64,000 nt of DNA from an uncultured Verrucomicrobiae bacterium (GCA_963735805.1 CAVTMK010000002.1:672001-736000); one strand, 5' to 3'. Shown: positions 36,884-47,541, numbered from the stretch's first letter. The notes: generated by a model from the letters alone, not told the origin. Numbers and translations: made by a program.

Positions 36884-37921
36884 ATGGCGGCGAAAACCGA
36901 GCAAAAAACCAGCGAAGATAAGGTCACCGCGGCGCGGAATAAGAATCTTGACCTGGCAATTCAACAGATCGCGAAAGACTACGGCGAAGGCGCGATTATG
37001 CGCCTCGGCGATGACAAAATTGTCGATATCGACGTCATTCCCACCGGGAATATTTTGATTGATCGCGCGCTCGGCGTCGGTGGATTCCCAAGGGGCAGGG
37101 TCGTCGAAGTATTTGGCCCTGAGTCTTCCGGGAAAACCACGCTGACTTTGACGGTGATTGCGCAAGCGCAAAAACGCGGCGGACTCGCGGCCTTTATTGA
37201 CGTCGAGCATGCTCTGGATCCCGCGTATGCAAAACGGCTTGGCGTTGACCTGGACGATCTTCTGGTTTCTCAGCCGAGCTCTGGCGAGGAAGCGCTGCGA
37301 ATTTGCGAGACGCTGATACGCTCCAATGCTCTGGACGTCATTGTAGTTGATTCGGTGGCAGCACTCGTAACCAGAGCGGAGCTGGAGGGCGAGATCGGCG
37401 ACACGACCGTAGGCGCACAAGCGCGCTTGATGAGCGCGGCGCTGCGCAAGCTTACCTCGCTCATTTCAAAAGCGCGGACCTGCTGCATTTTCACGAATCA
37501 AATTCGCGAAAAGATCGGAGTCATGTTCGGAAACCCGGAGACAACGCCCGGTGGGAAAGCGCTGAAGTTTTACGCCAGCGTGCGCGCCGATATTCGACGG
37601 ATCGGCGCAATCAAGCAGACTGACGGCGTTGTTACGGGAAATCGGACTCGCATTAAGATTGTGAAGAACAAGGTTGCACCCCCATTTACGGAAGCCGAGT
37701 TCGACATCATGTACAACGAGGGAATTTCATCGACCGGCGCGCTGCTCGATCTCGCCTTGGAAAAACAAGTTGTCGAGAAACGTGGTTCCTGGTTGAACTA
37801 CAAGGGCACACAACTTGCCCAGGGCCGTGATGCTGCGAAAGAAGTTTTGAAGAACGACAAAGCGCTGTACGAAGAAATTGAGTCGGCAGTGAAAACCCGG
37901 CTCGACGAGGAAAAAGACTAG
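36884..37921 (+). CDS. recA: Recombinase RecA
   Basis: [15 protein letters not shown] and [12 protein letters not shown] motifs. Confidence 0.99.
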   Translation: MAAKTEQKTSEDKVTAARNKNLDLAIQQIAKDYGEGAIMRLGDDKIVDIDVIPTGNILIDRALGVGGFPRGRVVEVFGPESSGKTTLTLTVIAQAQKRGGLAAFIDVEHALDPAYAKRLGVDLDDLLVSQPSSGEEALRICETLIRSNALDVIVVDSVAALVTRAELEGEIGDTTVGAQARLMSAALRKLTSLISKARTCCIFTNQIREKIGVMFGNPETTPGGKALKFYASVRADIRRIGAIKQTDGVVTGNRTRIKIVKNKVAPPFTEAEFDIMYNEGISSTGALLDLALEKQVVEKRGSWLNYKGTQLAQGRDAAKEVLKNDKALYEEIESAVKTRLDEEKD

Positions 37922-38069
37922 CCCGGTTGGCATCTCGCTTCGTTGCTATCCGCCTGCGGCGGTCTCCACTTGCCAGTTAAGTGGCCTGTCTCCGCAGGTC
38001 GGTTTCCAGAGTTGCCGTTTCAGGTTTCCTGAAATTCATGTTTATTCGTGTTCATTGCCGATTAGTAAG

Positions 38070-41054
38070 ATGACCTCAGCGCAAGTCAGACAATCATTTC
38101 TCGATTTCTTTCGCCAGAAAGGGCACACGATTGTGCCGTCGTCGTCACTGTTGCCAGACGCGCCAAATCTGCTTTTCACCAACGCTGGGATGAACCAGTT
38201 CGTGCCGATTTTTCTTGGGCAACAAAAACCTTCCTGGAAGCCGGCACGGGTGGTGGATACGCAGAAATGCATACGCGCCGGGGGCAAACATAACGACCTG
38301 GAAGATGTGGGACTCGACACTTATCACCACACATTTTTCGAAATGCTCGGTAATTGGAGCTTTGGTGATTATTTCAAAAAGGAAGCAATCGAGTGGGCTT
38401 GGGAATTACTCGTCGAACGCTGGAAATTTCCTGCGCAACGACTTTATGCGACGGTTTACAAGCCCGGTCCAGGCGACCCAAGCGAATTCGATCAGGAAGC
38501 TTACGATCACTGGGCGCGTTTGTTTCGCGAGGCCGATCTCGATCCGACTGTTCACGTTCTGAATGGTGGAAAAACGGATAATTTCTGGATGATGGGCGAC
38601 ACCGGCCCGTGCGGGCCGTGTTCGGAAGTTCACGTCGATCTCACCCCGGATGGCGATACGCGTGGGACGCTTGTGAACAAGAACGATCCGCATTGCATGG
38701 AGATTTGGAATCTCGTTTTCATCCAGTTCAACGCGCAACCTGTAGCCGGGGGCGGTGACCCCGGCCGCATCGAGTATGTCCCGCTTACTGCGCGCCATGT
38801 TGATACCGGAATGGGTTTCGAGCGCGTCACAGCAATTATCCAAGGCACAAAAAGTCTCACCGATTTCTCGGGAACCATCTCGAACTACGACACCGACGTC
38901 TTTCGGCCGATTTTCGATGAGCTCGAAAAACTGAGCGGCGAAAAATACGCATCGACAGTTCCAAAACATAGAACTGGTAGCACGAGCGAGCCAGAAAACA
39001 TCGACGTCGCATTTCGTGTAATTGCGGATCACATTCGGGCGCTCTCGTTTGCAATCGCGGACGGAGTCATTCCGTCAAACGAGGGCCGGGGCTATGTTTT
39101 GCGGCGCATTTTGCGTCGCGCGGTCCGTTACGGTCGCTCGTTGGGATTTCACGAACCCTTCTTCTTCAAGCTTGTCGATATCGTCGCGAAAACCATGGGC
39201 GATGTTTTTCCAGGAGTACGCGAGAAAGAAAAGCACGTTAAAGAAACGATTAAGCGCGAGGAAGTATCGTTTAACAACACGCTAGATAGAGGAATTGAGC
39301 TATTCGAAGGCGTAGTTTTGTTTAACAGCATTTCTGCGGCAGCAACAGAACAAGGGTATCAGGTCAAGAAGGAATATTTCGGTCGATCGAGCGACCCAAA
39401 TCTAGAAGAGTTTACGATCTGGCTGAGTCAGGGCTCGCACCCAGTTGTGGATCTAGATGCTTCACAAGTTCGCGCTGGGGAATGGCGCGAATTCATTAGC
39501 CGTACGCCAGCGGTCTCAGCTGAGGATACATTTAAGTTGTACGACACCTATGGCTTTCCGCTTGATTTAACGGAACTGGTGGCACGGGAGCGAGGGCTAA
39601 CCGTTGACGTTGCTGGCTTTGAGAAGTTGATGGACGAACAGCGCGAACGTGCACGAAAGGCCCAAAAAAAAGAGCAAATCAGCGTCGAAGAAGACCAGCT
39701 AAAAGCCGAACCAACGAAGTTTCTCGGTTATGATTTTCTGGAGACCGAATCGGTCGTCGATACGGTTTTGCCCGGTACCAAACCGAAAGAAGTAAACATC
39801 GTTCTCGATCGGACGCCGTTTTACGCCGAGATGGGCGGACAAGTGGGAGATCGCGGATTGCTTCATGTGCCTGGACATGATCGCACCGAGGTCGGCCAGT
39901 TGCGCGTGATTGATACGCAGAAACGTGGGGACGTTTTTGTTCATCGGGCCGCACTTTTGGAAGGCCGCGCGCCGGAGCCGGGAGAAGCCGTGCGCGTTTC
40001 AGTGGACGCTGATCGCCGCAAACTCATCCAGGGGCATCACACTGTGACCCATTTGCTGCATTGGGCGTTGCACAAAGTCGTCTCGCCCGACGCTTCGCAA
40101 AAAGGAAGTTACGTCGGGCCTGACAAACTGACGTTTGATTTTTCGAGCGCACCTTTGACGAAGGAGCAAGTGCACAGCGTGGAAAAACTCGTCAGCGACA
40201 AGATCGCGGAGAACGCGCCGGTTTCATGGATGGAGATCCCGTACGCAGAAGCGAAACAGCGAAAAGACATTATCCAGTTTTTCGGTGAGAAATACGGCGA
40301 CTCTGTTCGCGTCCTGCAAATCGGTGGGACACCTCGTTCTCTCGACGGTTACTCGATGGAACTGTGCGGCGGCACGCACGTGAGATCGACAAACGAAATC
40401 GGCCCATTCCGAATTGTAAAGGAGGAAGCGATCGCGGCTGGAATTCGCCGGATTGAAGCGGTTGCGGGTGATGCGGCACGCGGTTGGGCGAAACAGGACG
40501 CCGCGCGGCAGCAGGAGAAGTTTGAGGCGTTGGCGCGCAAAAAACCTGACATCGCGCCACTGCCTCTTTTTAAGAACGACGCCACCACTTCTGAAATGCT
40601 ACACCAAATCGATGCGCGAGCGGCGCATCTTGAAAAGATCGAGATTGAAGTTCGCGATTGGGAAAAGCAAAGCGCTAAAACCGCCGAAGCGGAACTGAAA
40701 AGCCGCGCCGCTCAAATCGCGAACCAGTTGGCGGCATCGCATGCAGGAAAAGATTTTTGTGTCGCAGAAGTGCAAGACGGGGACGGGAAACTACTGCAGG
40801 CCGTTGCTGATACATTGAAGTCGAAATTTAATGGTCCGATTTTTCTCGCCGGTGCGGCGAATGGATCAGTTGCGCTCATCGCATCGGTACCGAAGGAGAT
40901 GACGTCGAACGTTCAGGCGAACAAGTTGATTCAGCAGATTGCGCCAATTGTTGACGGAAAAGGCGGTGGTCGGCCGGAGAACGCTCAGGGCGCCGGCAAG
41001 GATTCGAGCAAGATCGCGGATGCGCTGGCAAAAGCGCGAGAGCTTTTGAGCTAG
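38070..41054 (+). CDS. alaS: Alanine--tRNA ligase with two insertions
   Basis: FTNAGMNQF, FFEMLGN, DTGMG, LYDTYGFP, HTVTH, ELCGGTH and GGGRP motifs. Confidence 0.98.
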   Translation: MTSAQVRQSFLDFFRQKGHTIVPSSSLLPDAPNLLFTNAGMNQFVPIFLGQQKPSWKPARVVDTQKCIRAGGKHNDLEDVGLDTYHHTFFEMLGNWSFGDYFKKEAIEWAWELLVERWKFPAQRLYATVYKPGPGDPSEFDQEAYDHWARLFREADLDPTVHVLNGGKTDNFWMMGDTGPCGPCSEVHVDLTPDGDTRGTLVNKNDPHCMEIWNLVFIQFNAQPVAGGGDPGRIEYVPLTARHVDTGMGFERVTAIIQGTKSLTDFSGTISNYDTDVFRPIFDELEKLSGEKYASTVPKHRTGSTSEPENIDVAFRVIADHIRALSFAIADGVIPSNEGRGYVLRRILRRAVRYGRSLGFHEPFFFKLVDIVAKTMGDVFPGVREKEKHVKETIKREEVSFNNTLDRGIELFEGVVLFNSISAAATEQGYQVKKEYFGRSSDPNLEEFTIWLSQGSHPVVDLDASQVRAGEWREFISRTPAVSAEDTFKLYDTYGFPLDLTELVARERGLTVDVAGFEKLMDEQRERARKAQKKEQISVEEDQLKAEPTKFLGYDFLETESVVDTVLPGTKPKEVNIVLDRTPFYAEMGGQVGDRGLLHVPGHDRTEVGQLRVIDTQKRGDVFVHRAALLEGRAPEPGEAVRVSVDADRRKLIQGHHTVTHLLHWALHKVVSPDASQKGSYVGPDKLTFDFSSAPLTKEQVHSVEKLVSDKIAENAPVSWMEIPYAEAKQRKDIIQFFGEKYGDSVRVLQIGGTPRSLDGYSMELCGGTHVRSTNEIGPFRIVKEEAIAAGIRRIEAVAGDAARGWAKQDAARQQEKFEALARKKPDIAPLPLFKNDATTSEMLHQIDARAAHLEKIEIEVRDWEKQSAKTAEAELKSRAAQIANQLAASHAGKDFCVAEVQDGDGKLLQAVADTLKSKFNGPIFLAGAANGSVALIASVPKEMTSNVQANKLIQQIAPIVDGKGGGRPENAQGAGKDSSKIADALAKARELLS
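38741..38764 (+). repeat. Single intragenic GTAG-family REP in alaS
   Basis: TGTAGCCGGGGGCGGTGACCCCGG; 22 of 24 positions match 5414-5437. Confidence 0.88.
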
Positions 41055-41139
41055 GTAGCGAGGCGAGAGTTCGAAATCGACGCGTGTTGCGTTGCCGGAA
41101 ACCTATCCTTTGGGGTAACGAACGCATGCGTGGGAGGCC

Positions 41140-41210
41140 TGTAGCCACGGCGCTATGTCGCCGTGCGTGTAACGGTGCACTGAGCGCCTCGACACATCGA
41201 GGCGGCTACA
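41140..41210. repeat. GTAG-family REP pair
   Basis: TGTAGCCACGGCGCTATGTCGCCGTG...CGCCTCGACACATCGAGGCGGCTACA. Confidence 0.9.
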
Positions 41211-41231
41211 ACAACGCTAAGCGAGCTGCGC

Positions 41232-42125
41232 TTACGGTGCGCTAACAGACGGGAAACGCGCGTTGTTGATCAGGCGTTTCACATTTCTTCCGTCAACGGA
41301 CATTCGATAAATTGAGTCCTCCTGTTCGCCAGGTTCCCGACTGAGGAAGAGAACATTGTCATTGTCGATCCAAACGCCATCCCAGCCGAAAAGTTTTGCT
41401 GGCGTTAGCCTGGTTGCTTTTTGCGATTGGAGATCAAAGGCCCAAAGGGCCGGTACCGGCCCGTCCCAGTCTTTACGGTTGGATTCCCCACTCATATCAC
41501 TGGCTAAAAGCAATCGCTTGCCGTCCGGCGAAACGTCAATCCGACCGTCGCCGCTCATATCACCCTTTGGTACGATCATTGTGATCCTCCATTTGGCGCG
41601 AACCTTTCCGTCGAGCCCGATCTGGTAGATATTCGTCATGTCCTGGCAAAAAGCAGATTGTCCATCGCGCGCCCACACCGGCGAATAGCAGGTCACTTCA
41701 TTTTGAACACCGGGCTTCAGCACGTGGAAATTTGTGCCGCCCGAATTAATGGCTGCGAGATCCCAGACTTCGTGCTGGCGCGTGGTAAAGAGGATCTGTT
41801 TCCCGTCAGCCGTCCAGCTTGGATAATAAGAATTCTCGCTTGGGACATCTTTAAAGACGGTCACCTTACCAGTCGCAACGTCTGCTACCGCCATATGACG
41901 CACGTAGGTCGTTTCGCTCGTCCTTTCGACAGTGTTAAACGCGACACGAGTTCCGTCCGGCGAGATCGCTGGAAAAATTCCATCGGCGAGCTTTTTCTCA
42001 TTCGTTCCATCCAGATTCGCGACGTAAACGGCATTGTTGCGTTCGAAGGCGATGTGCCGGTCAGCGGAAAATGAAATGGCAGGAAGGCTGGCTAAAGCGA
42101 AAGCGAAGCAGATCAATTTGTTCAT
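41232..42125 (-). CDS. Secreted TolB-like beta-propeller (PD40 repeats)
   Basis: SPDG, TADG and ARDG repeats; signal peptide. Confidence 0.85.
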   Translation of the reverse strand: MNKLICFAFALASLPAISFSADRHIAFERNNAVYVANLDGTNEKKLADGIFPAISPDGTRVAFNTVERTSETTYVRHMAVADVATGKVTVFKDVPSENSYYPSWTADGKQILFTTRQHEVWDLAAINSGGTNFHVLKPGVQNEVTCYSPVWARDGQSAFCQDMTNIYQIGLDGKVRAKWRITMIVPKGDMSGDGRIDVSPDGKRLLLASDMSGESNRKDWDGPVPALWAFDLQSQKATRLTPAKLFGWDGVWIDNDNVLFLSREPGEQEDSIYRMSVDGRNVKRLINNARFPSVSAP

Positions 42126-43423
42126 GGTAATGCGATGGTAACAAAAAACGTCACAGCAAGCGCGAACACCAGGACGATTAGATACATAACCCCCCCCGAA
42201 AGGAATTTGAAAATGCTAGTGAACCAGCCCTGGCGATAAACGCGCCGGATTGACAAGAAAATTTGGACTACGAACGCGATCCAAAAAAGCGCGATAATCC
42301 AACCCGCGATTGCACCTGGAACGATGCGGTTCAGCCCGATCGTCGCGAGGACGATTAGGATGATCCCGGTATAAGCGAATGTGTGGATATGAAGGGCGTA
42401 AACGAGGTGGTCGATATAAAACCTGTGGCGGCGCAGGTAGAGGATTTTCAAAACAAAAGCAAAGAGCGGGATACAGCAGAGCATCATGTAAGGCAGATTG
42501 CTAAAGAGGGTCGTGATAAACAGCCCCATCTTTGTTCCATGCTCGCCCATCTTTTCCTTTGCTCGCGCTTCGATCCATTTTTCGAACGGCGTTGATGCAT
42601 TCTTATTTGAACCAGACTCGAGAACTGGCCCATTGTTCTCCCTCGGTCCTGGCGTCGTTTGCCCCGGCTGCTGAGGTTCCCGACCCGGCGTTGGAGAAGC
42701 ACCCTTCAATGCATCTTGAATTCTGCCGCGTACCTCCGGCGGCAAATCTTTCATTGCATCTTCGATTTTGGTACGCGCGTTCGGCACAGGATCGCCGTGC
42801 TGCAAACGTTCTTGGATTTCGCGGCGGGCATCGACCGGCAGATCTGCGCGCTTCAATTCTTTTTCAAGCCGTGCGCGCTTGTTAGGCGCAACTTGGACGC
42901 CGCCGAGTGCCCCTTCGATTTTTGCCCGGACTTCAGGGGTGAGGTTCTCTCGCTGCAATTCATCCCGAATCTCGGCGCGATTTTCTGGAGACAAGTTGAT
43001 CGGATCGAAGTGGGCCGATTTGATCCCATAGTTGACCGCAAAGAAAAAGAGAATGCTTGCGAGAAGATAAAGGCGAAGAGGATGCACGTAACGCACGCGA
43101 TGCCCTGCGAGAAATTGGTTCGTTAGTTTCCACGGGCGAGCGATCAGAAGGCCGATGGTCGCGAAGACCTTGGAGTCCCAGTTCAGAAATTCGTTGAGAA
43201 GATCGGCGATGACATGCCGGAACGAGCGCCGGTAATCGATTGCTGGTTGCCCACATTTCGCGCACCAATGTCCCTCCAATTGCGCTCCGCAATTCTCACA
43301 ATGGGTAAGAGGTGCGCGCTGAGCCTTGCGTTTGCCGAAAAATCGCCTCCGGCGCGGTTGCGCTTGTTCGATTGCAGAGATCGCCGTGTCGCCCAGAACA
43401 AGTTTTTCCAGTTCATCGGCCAT
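42122..43423 (-). CDS. DUF3667-like membrane protein with zinc ribbon and internal helical repeats
   Basis: CENCG...CAKCGQ; RYVHPLRLYL; C-terminal TM helices. Confidence 0.8.
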   Translation of the reverse strand: MADELEKLVLGDTAISAIEQAQPRRRRFFGKRKAQRAPLTHCENCGAQLEGHWCAKCGQPAIDYRRSFRHVIADLLNEFLNWDSKVFATIGLLIARPWKLTNQFLAGHRVRYVHPLRLYLLASILFFFAVNYGIKSAHFDPINLSPENRAEIRDELQRENLTPEVRAKIEGALGGVQVAPNKRARLEKELKRADLPVDARREIQERLQHGDPVPNARTKIEDAMKDLPPEVRGRIQDALKGASPTPGREPQQPGQTTPGPRENNGPVLESGSNKNASTPFEKWIEARAKEKMGEHGTKMGLFITTLFSNLPYMMLCCIPLFAFVLKILYLRRHRFYIDHLVYALHIHTFAYTGIILIVLATIGLNRIVPGAIAGWIIALFWIAFVVQIFLSIRRVYRQGWFTSIFKFLSGGVMYLIVLVFALAVTFFVTIALP

Positions 43424-43591
43424 ACGAGCCTGAGATTACAAAATTCCTTCAGCGCCGTCTATGGGCTGATTCAAGGCAAGGCGCTCTCCGAACGAGCCAA
43501 AGCAAGAGGGGTACCTTCGTCGCCAAAGTTTGGCATGAGGCGGTGCACCCCGCCGAAGTCGAATCTTTAGATTGACCTGCCAAGGTCATTG

Positions 43592-45217
43592 ATGACACGA
43601 TTTCGCCAAGTGGCGCTGCACCTTTTCAAGACCAAAAGCCCGGACCATTTGATGGCTGAAGCGGCGGCGCCCGAACGTCAGCTAAAGCGCACGCTCGGCG
43701 CGTTCGACCTGACCTGCGTTGGCATAGGCGCCGTCATTGGGGCCGGAATTTTCGCGCTGGCGGGGACGGCCGCGGCCGGTGAACAAATCGAGGCGTCCCT
43801 GTGGAAAACGCCCGTGCTTAACTTCATCATATCGCATCTTACTCACGCCGAGATGATATATGGACGGCCTGGCGCAGGTCCTGCGGTAATGGTTTCTTTC
43901 GTGGTGGCCGCGATCGCGTGCGGTTTTGCTGCACTTTGTTACGCCGAGCTCGCCTCGATGATCCCAGTATCAGGCTCGGCCTACACGTATTCGTACGCGA
44001 CGCTTGGCGAGATCATCGCGTGGGTCATCGGTTGGGACCTCATTCTCGAGTACGCGGTCGGGAACATGGCCGTGGCAGTCGGGTGGTCGGGTTATTTCGT
44101 GCAATTGTGTGGAAGCCTGTTCCACCTGAGATTTCCGCTTTGGTTGGTGAATGATTACCGAACTGCCAGCAGCTTGTTGTCCACAGGGGGCGAGCCGCTC
44201 AATAACTATTCGTCCACCACTTTGCCGGTTATTGCAGGCCACCCTATTGCCTTAAACTTGCCCGCGGTTCTGATTGTTGCAGCGGTGACCATCCTTTTGA
44301 TCTATGGGATTCGGGAAAGCGCGCGCACCAATACCGCCATTGTCGTTACCAAGGTGGCGGTGGTTGTCTTCGTGATTGCGTTTGGTGCCTTCATGGTGCG
44401 CCCCACTAATTGGCACCCGTTTCTACCCAACGGCGTAGGCGGCATGATGAGCGGGGCCGCCATCGTGTTTTTCGCGTTTATCGGATTCGACGCCGTCTCG
44501 ACTACGGCGGAAGAAACGAAAAATCCTCAGCGCGACATGCCGATCGGAATCATTGCCAGCCTGATTATTTGCACATTGCTGTACGTGCTAATGGCGGCCG
44601 TCATCACCGGTATGAGAATATATACGACGTATCTTGGTGATTCTGCGGCCGTCGCAACTGCATTCGCTGGCCGGCCTTGGGCCCAGGCACTCATTAGCGC
44701 CGGAGCCCTCGCTGGTCTTACGTCGGTGATCTTGGTTTTTCAACTCGGGCAGCCGCGCATTTTCATGGCTATGGCGCGCGACGGTTTGCTGCCACAATAT
44801 TTCGCCCGGGTTCACCACCGTTTCCGCACACCATACATCACGACGATCTGGACCGGCGTTGCCGTCGGCGGTGTTGCAATGCTGACTGACATCGGTTCGC
44901 TGGCAGACCTAACGAACATTGGAACGTTGTTTGCCTTTATTCTTGTTTGTCTTGGTGTGATTATTTTGCGTCGCAAAGACGCCGGCCGTCACCGGCCATT
45001 TCGCGTTCCGATGGTTCCATTATTTCCGATTCTCGGTGTCTTTTTTTGCTTTGTGTTGATGCTAAGTCTGCCGCTAGAGACATGGGGACGATTTTTTGTA
45101 TGGCTCGCCATCGGGCTATGCATTTATTTCCTTTACGGCCTCCGCCACAGCAAACTCCGCCGCGGTCTCGACGTCGGGCCAACCGAAGACATCCCTCCGC
45201 CTTTGATCAAGACGTAG
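43592..45217 (+). CDS. APC-family amino acid permease
   Basis: GAVIGAGIF, GSAYTY, FIGFDAVST and PRIFMAMARDG motifs. Confidence 0.95.
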   Translation: MTRFRQVALHLFKTKSPDHLMAEAAAPERQLKRTLGAFDLTCVGIGAVIGAGIFALAGTAAAGEQIEASLWKTPVLNFIISHLTHAEMIYGRPGAGPAVMVSFVVAAIACGFAALCYAELASMIPVSGSAYTYSYATLGEIIAWVIGWDLILEYAVGNMAVAVGWSGYFVQLCGSLFHLRFPLWLVNDYRTASSLLSTGGEPLNNYSSTTLPVIAGHPIALNLPAVLIVAAVTILLIYGIRESARTNTAIVVTKVAVVVFVIAFGAFMVRPTNWHPFLPNGVGGMMSGAAIVFFAFIGFDAVSTTAEETKNPQRDMPIGIIASLIICTLLYVLMAAVITGMRIYTTYLGDSAAVATAFAGRPWAQALISAGALAGLTSVILVFQLGQPRIFMAMARDGLLPQYFARVHHRFRTPYITTIWTGVAVGGVAMLTDIGSLADLTNIGTLFAFILVCLGVIILRRKDAGRHRPFRVPMVPLFPILGVFFCFVLMLSLPLETWGRFFVWLAIGLCIYFLYGLRHSKLRRGLDVGPTEDIPPPLIKT

Positions 45218-45222
45218 ATCAC

Positions 45223-45338
45223 AGGTGGAACGCGTTATCCTCAACGCGTTGGGACACAAATGCGGCTCCGCTGCCTGATTTTAAATTGGCGCCTTCGTGA
45301 ATTAATTCACATCGTCTTCAGGAGGAGCCAATCCACCT
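45223..45338. repeat. Full-length GTGG-tagged REPIN/MITE-like element
   Basis: AGGTGGAACGCGTTATCCTCAACGCGTT...CATCGTCTTCAGGAGGAGCCAATCCACCT. Confidence 0.88.
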
Positions 45339-45350
45339 TGCAGCGCCACT

Positions 45351-45806
45351 TTACGCGGCTTGTTGCTGATAAGAAACTCTATCGTCGACTTCCAGCCACT
45401 CGAACGTTGTGGTTTTCGCGGGATCGAGTCCGAGTTTCTTGACCTCTTCGCTGAAGAAATCGCGCTTTTCCGGATGGTGATAGAGACTGCTCGCCTCCAC
45501 CTCATCAGCCCAACGCTTGATTTCCTCAGCCGTCTTCTTTTCACCGTTCTGATTTAGCCATTCGACTATTTCCTGGTCGCTCGCGCCCTGTTCGATTTGA
45601 GCTTTGAAATCTTCGCCTTTCACGCCTTTGAAACCGAAGAGCATGTTATCGAGCGGACAATCGAAGTGATAGTCGCCAATATTTCCCGCTACCAGAGCGC
45701 GGCCTTTATCGATCGTGCGGCCAAGGATTGCATACCCTCCAACGCGGATGCGCGGACTGCGTGGAGCTTCTTTCTTTAGATTTTTTCCAGTCACTTTCTT
45801 TTTCAT
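45351..45806 (-). CDS. DUF5069-like protein
   Basis: PRSPR...GRTIDK...GDYHFDCPLD motif. Confidence 0.75.
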   Translation of the reverse strand: MKKKVTGKNLKKEAPRSPRIRVGGYAILGRTIDKGRALVAGNIGDYHFDCPLDNMLFGFKGVKGEDFKAQIEQGASDQEIVEWLNQNGEKKTAEEIKRWADEVEASSLYHHPEKRDFFSEEVKKLGLDPAKTTTFEWLEVDDRVSYQQQAA

Positions 45807-45883
45807 ATCGTAAGGTGTTTCGGATAGAGCAGGGGATCCGGTTGCCAATTTGGCAGACGAACTGCGCGCCTTACAGTTGTACG

Positions 45884-46942
45884 GTGAAGGTAGTTCACCT
45901 GCTGCCGGTGATTTGTGCCATGACATTGCACGCGCAAGGCGTTCGTGTTGTGGCCCCGCCGGGTGGAAAACTCTATCACGGCTTGTATTGGGGCGGTGTG
46001 GGAACCGATGAGCACGACCCGACTGAGCACGACGTTACGCCGAATGATGTGGCGCAATATGAGCAGGGCGTTGGCAAGCAAACGGCGTGGATCTATTTTG
46101 CGAACAACTGGTTCGAGTCGCGGAGATTTCCGGCTGCGATGTGCGGCTGGATCCGTGACCTCCAAAAAGTTCCATTCGTCCGGCTAATGCTTCGTTCGGA
46201 TGTAGATCAAATGCATCGTGAGAAGACGTTCACGATTCAGAAAATCATTGCCGGCGTATTCGATAACGATCTACGCGCATGGGCGCGCGACGCGAAAACG
46301 TTTGGCTCGCCGATTTTGATCGAATGGGGAACTGAGCCGAACGGCGACTGGTTTAGCTGGAACGGCAAATGGAACGGTGGCGCCGGAGAAGGTCCAGCTC
46401 GTTACGTCGCGGCCTACAGACATATTGTCGATCTGATGCGTGCCGAGGGGGCCGATAATTTGCAATGGGTTTGGCATGTCAACTGGTTCGATGAACCGGA
46501 GAAAGACTGGAATCGTTTCGAGAATTATTTTCCAGGGGACAACTATTGCGACTGGGTCGCTCTAAGCGCCTACGGACCCCTGACCCCGATGACGCGCGAC
46601 GGTACCGAAGGGTTCGCGTTCGAAGTGCGCAATGCCTATCGGCGTCTGGTGAAAATTGCACTTGGCAAGCCGATCATCATTGCCGAGTTCGGTTGCGATC
46701 TGCACAATCCGCGTGTCAATGCCGCGCAATGGGCGAAAGCGGCGCTCGAAGATCTGTTCTCAAATCAATGGCCCGGCGTGATTGGTTTTTGTTGGTGGAA
46801 TGAAGGCTGGCAAAATGACGATCACAAACGACACGACACCGACATGATCATCCTTCACGATGTTGATCTCACACGAGTGTTCCGCGATGAGCTTGCAAAA
46901 CACGGAGACAAAATTCAGGAAAAGCCCGTTATTACTCAGTAA
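45884..46942 (+). CDS. Secreted GH26-like glycoside hydrolase
   Basis: EPNG acid/base and IAEFG nucleophile motifs; YFPGDNYCDWV; signal peptide after GTG 45884. Confidence 0.8.
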   Translation: MKVVHLLPVICAMTLHAQGVRVVAPPGGKLYHGLYWGGVGTDEHDPTEHDVTPNDVAQYEQGVGKQTAWIYFANNWFESRRFPAAMCGWIRDLQKVPFVRLMLRSDVDQMHREKTFTIQKIIAGVFDNDLRAWARDAKTFGSPILIEWGTEPNGDWFSWNGKWNGGAGEGPARYVAAYRHIVDLMRAEGADNLQWVWHVNWFDEPEKDWNRFENYFPGDNYCDWVALSAYGPLTPMTRDGTEGFAFEVRNAYRRLVKIALGKPIIIAEFGCDLHNPRVNAAQWAKAALEDLFSNQWPGVIGFCWWNEGWQNDDHKRHDTDMIILHDVDLTRVFRDELAKHGDKIQEKPVITQ

Positions 46943-46950
46943 GGCTTTGC

Positions 46951-47025
46951 TGTCATTCCCAGCGAAGCCGGCCAATCGCTGGATATTTAACAATTAGAGA
47001 TGTCTCGACTTCGCTCGACATGACA
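46951..47025. repeat. TGTC-tagged REP pair
   Basis: TGTCATTCCCAGCGAAG...AGAGATGTCTCGACTTCGCTCGACATGACA. Confidence 0.8.
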
Positions 47026-47053
47026 AAAGAAAAGACGCGGCCCATAGTTCTAG

Positions 47054-47464
47054 ATGGTCAAAGTTGACGTTACTTACACCGGTGATTTGCATTGCGACGC
47101 CGAGCATGGTCCGTCGCAATCAAAGATTTCTACCGACGCACCGACCGATAACAAAGGCAAAGGTGACGCGTTTTCGCCGACTGATCTCGTCGCTACAGCG
47201 CTGGCTACATGCATGAGCACCACGATGGGAATCAAAGCGGAGGAACTTGGTGTCGACCTGCGCGGTATGACCGTGTCAGTGCAAAAGGAGATGTCCAGTG
47301 ACGCGCCTCGCAGGATCGTTGGGCTCCCGTCGGAAGTTCACATTCCGCTTCCGCCCGATTCGCCGCACCGCGAGGTGTTGGAGCAAACTGCGCTCAATTG
47401 TCCGGTGCACAAAAGTTTGCCCAAGGAAATCGATCGGCCTACGAAATTTTTCTGGGAAGGCTAA
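47054..47464 (+). CDS. OsmC/YhfA-family protein
   Basis: FSPTDLVATALATC and CPVHKSL motifs. Confidence 0.9.
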   Translation: MVKVDVTYTGDLHCDAEHGPSQSKISTDAPTDNKGKGDAFSPTDLVATALATCMSTTMGIKAEELGVDLRGMTVSVQKEMSSDAPRRIVGLPSEVHIPLPPDSPHREVLEQTALNCPVHKSLPKEIDRPTKFFWEG

Positions 47465-47541
47465 TGCCCGCCTTTCCAAATCGCATGACTCAGGTTCTTG
47501 GCGTGATCAACGAGTCCGGAGCGTGATCGATTGCTTTACGC

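Noticed and set aside
39309..39512. Intein in alaS
   Set aside because: Too short and lacks the N-terminal Cys/Ser and C-terminal His-Asn splice motifs.
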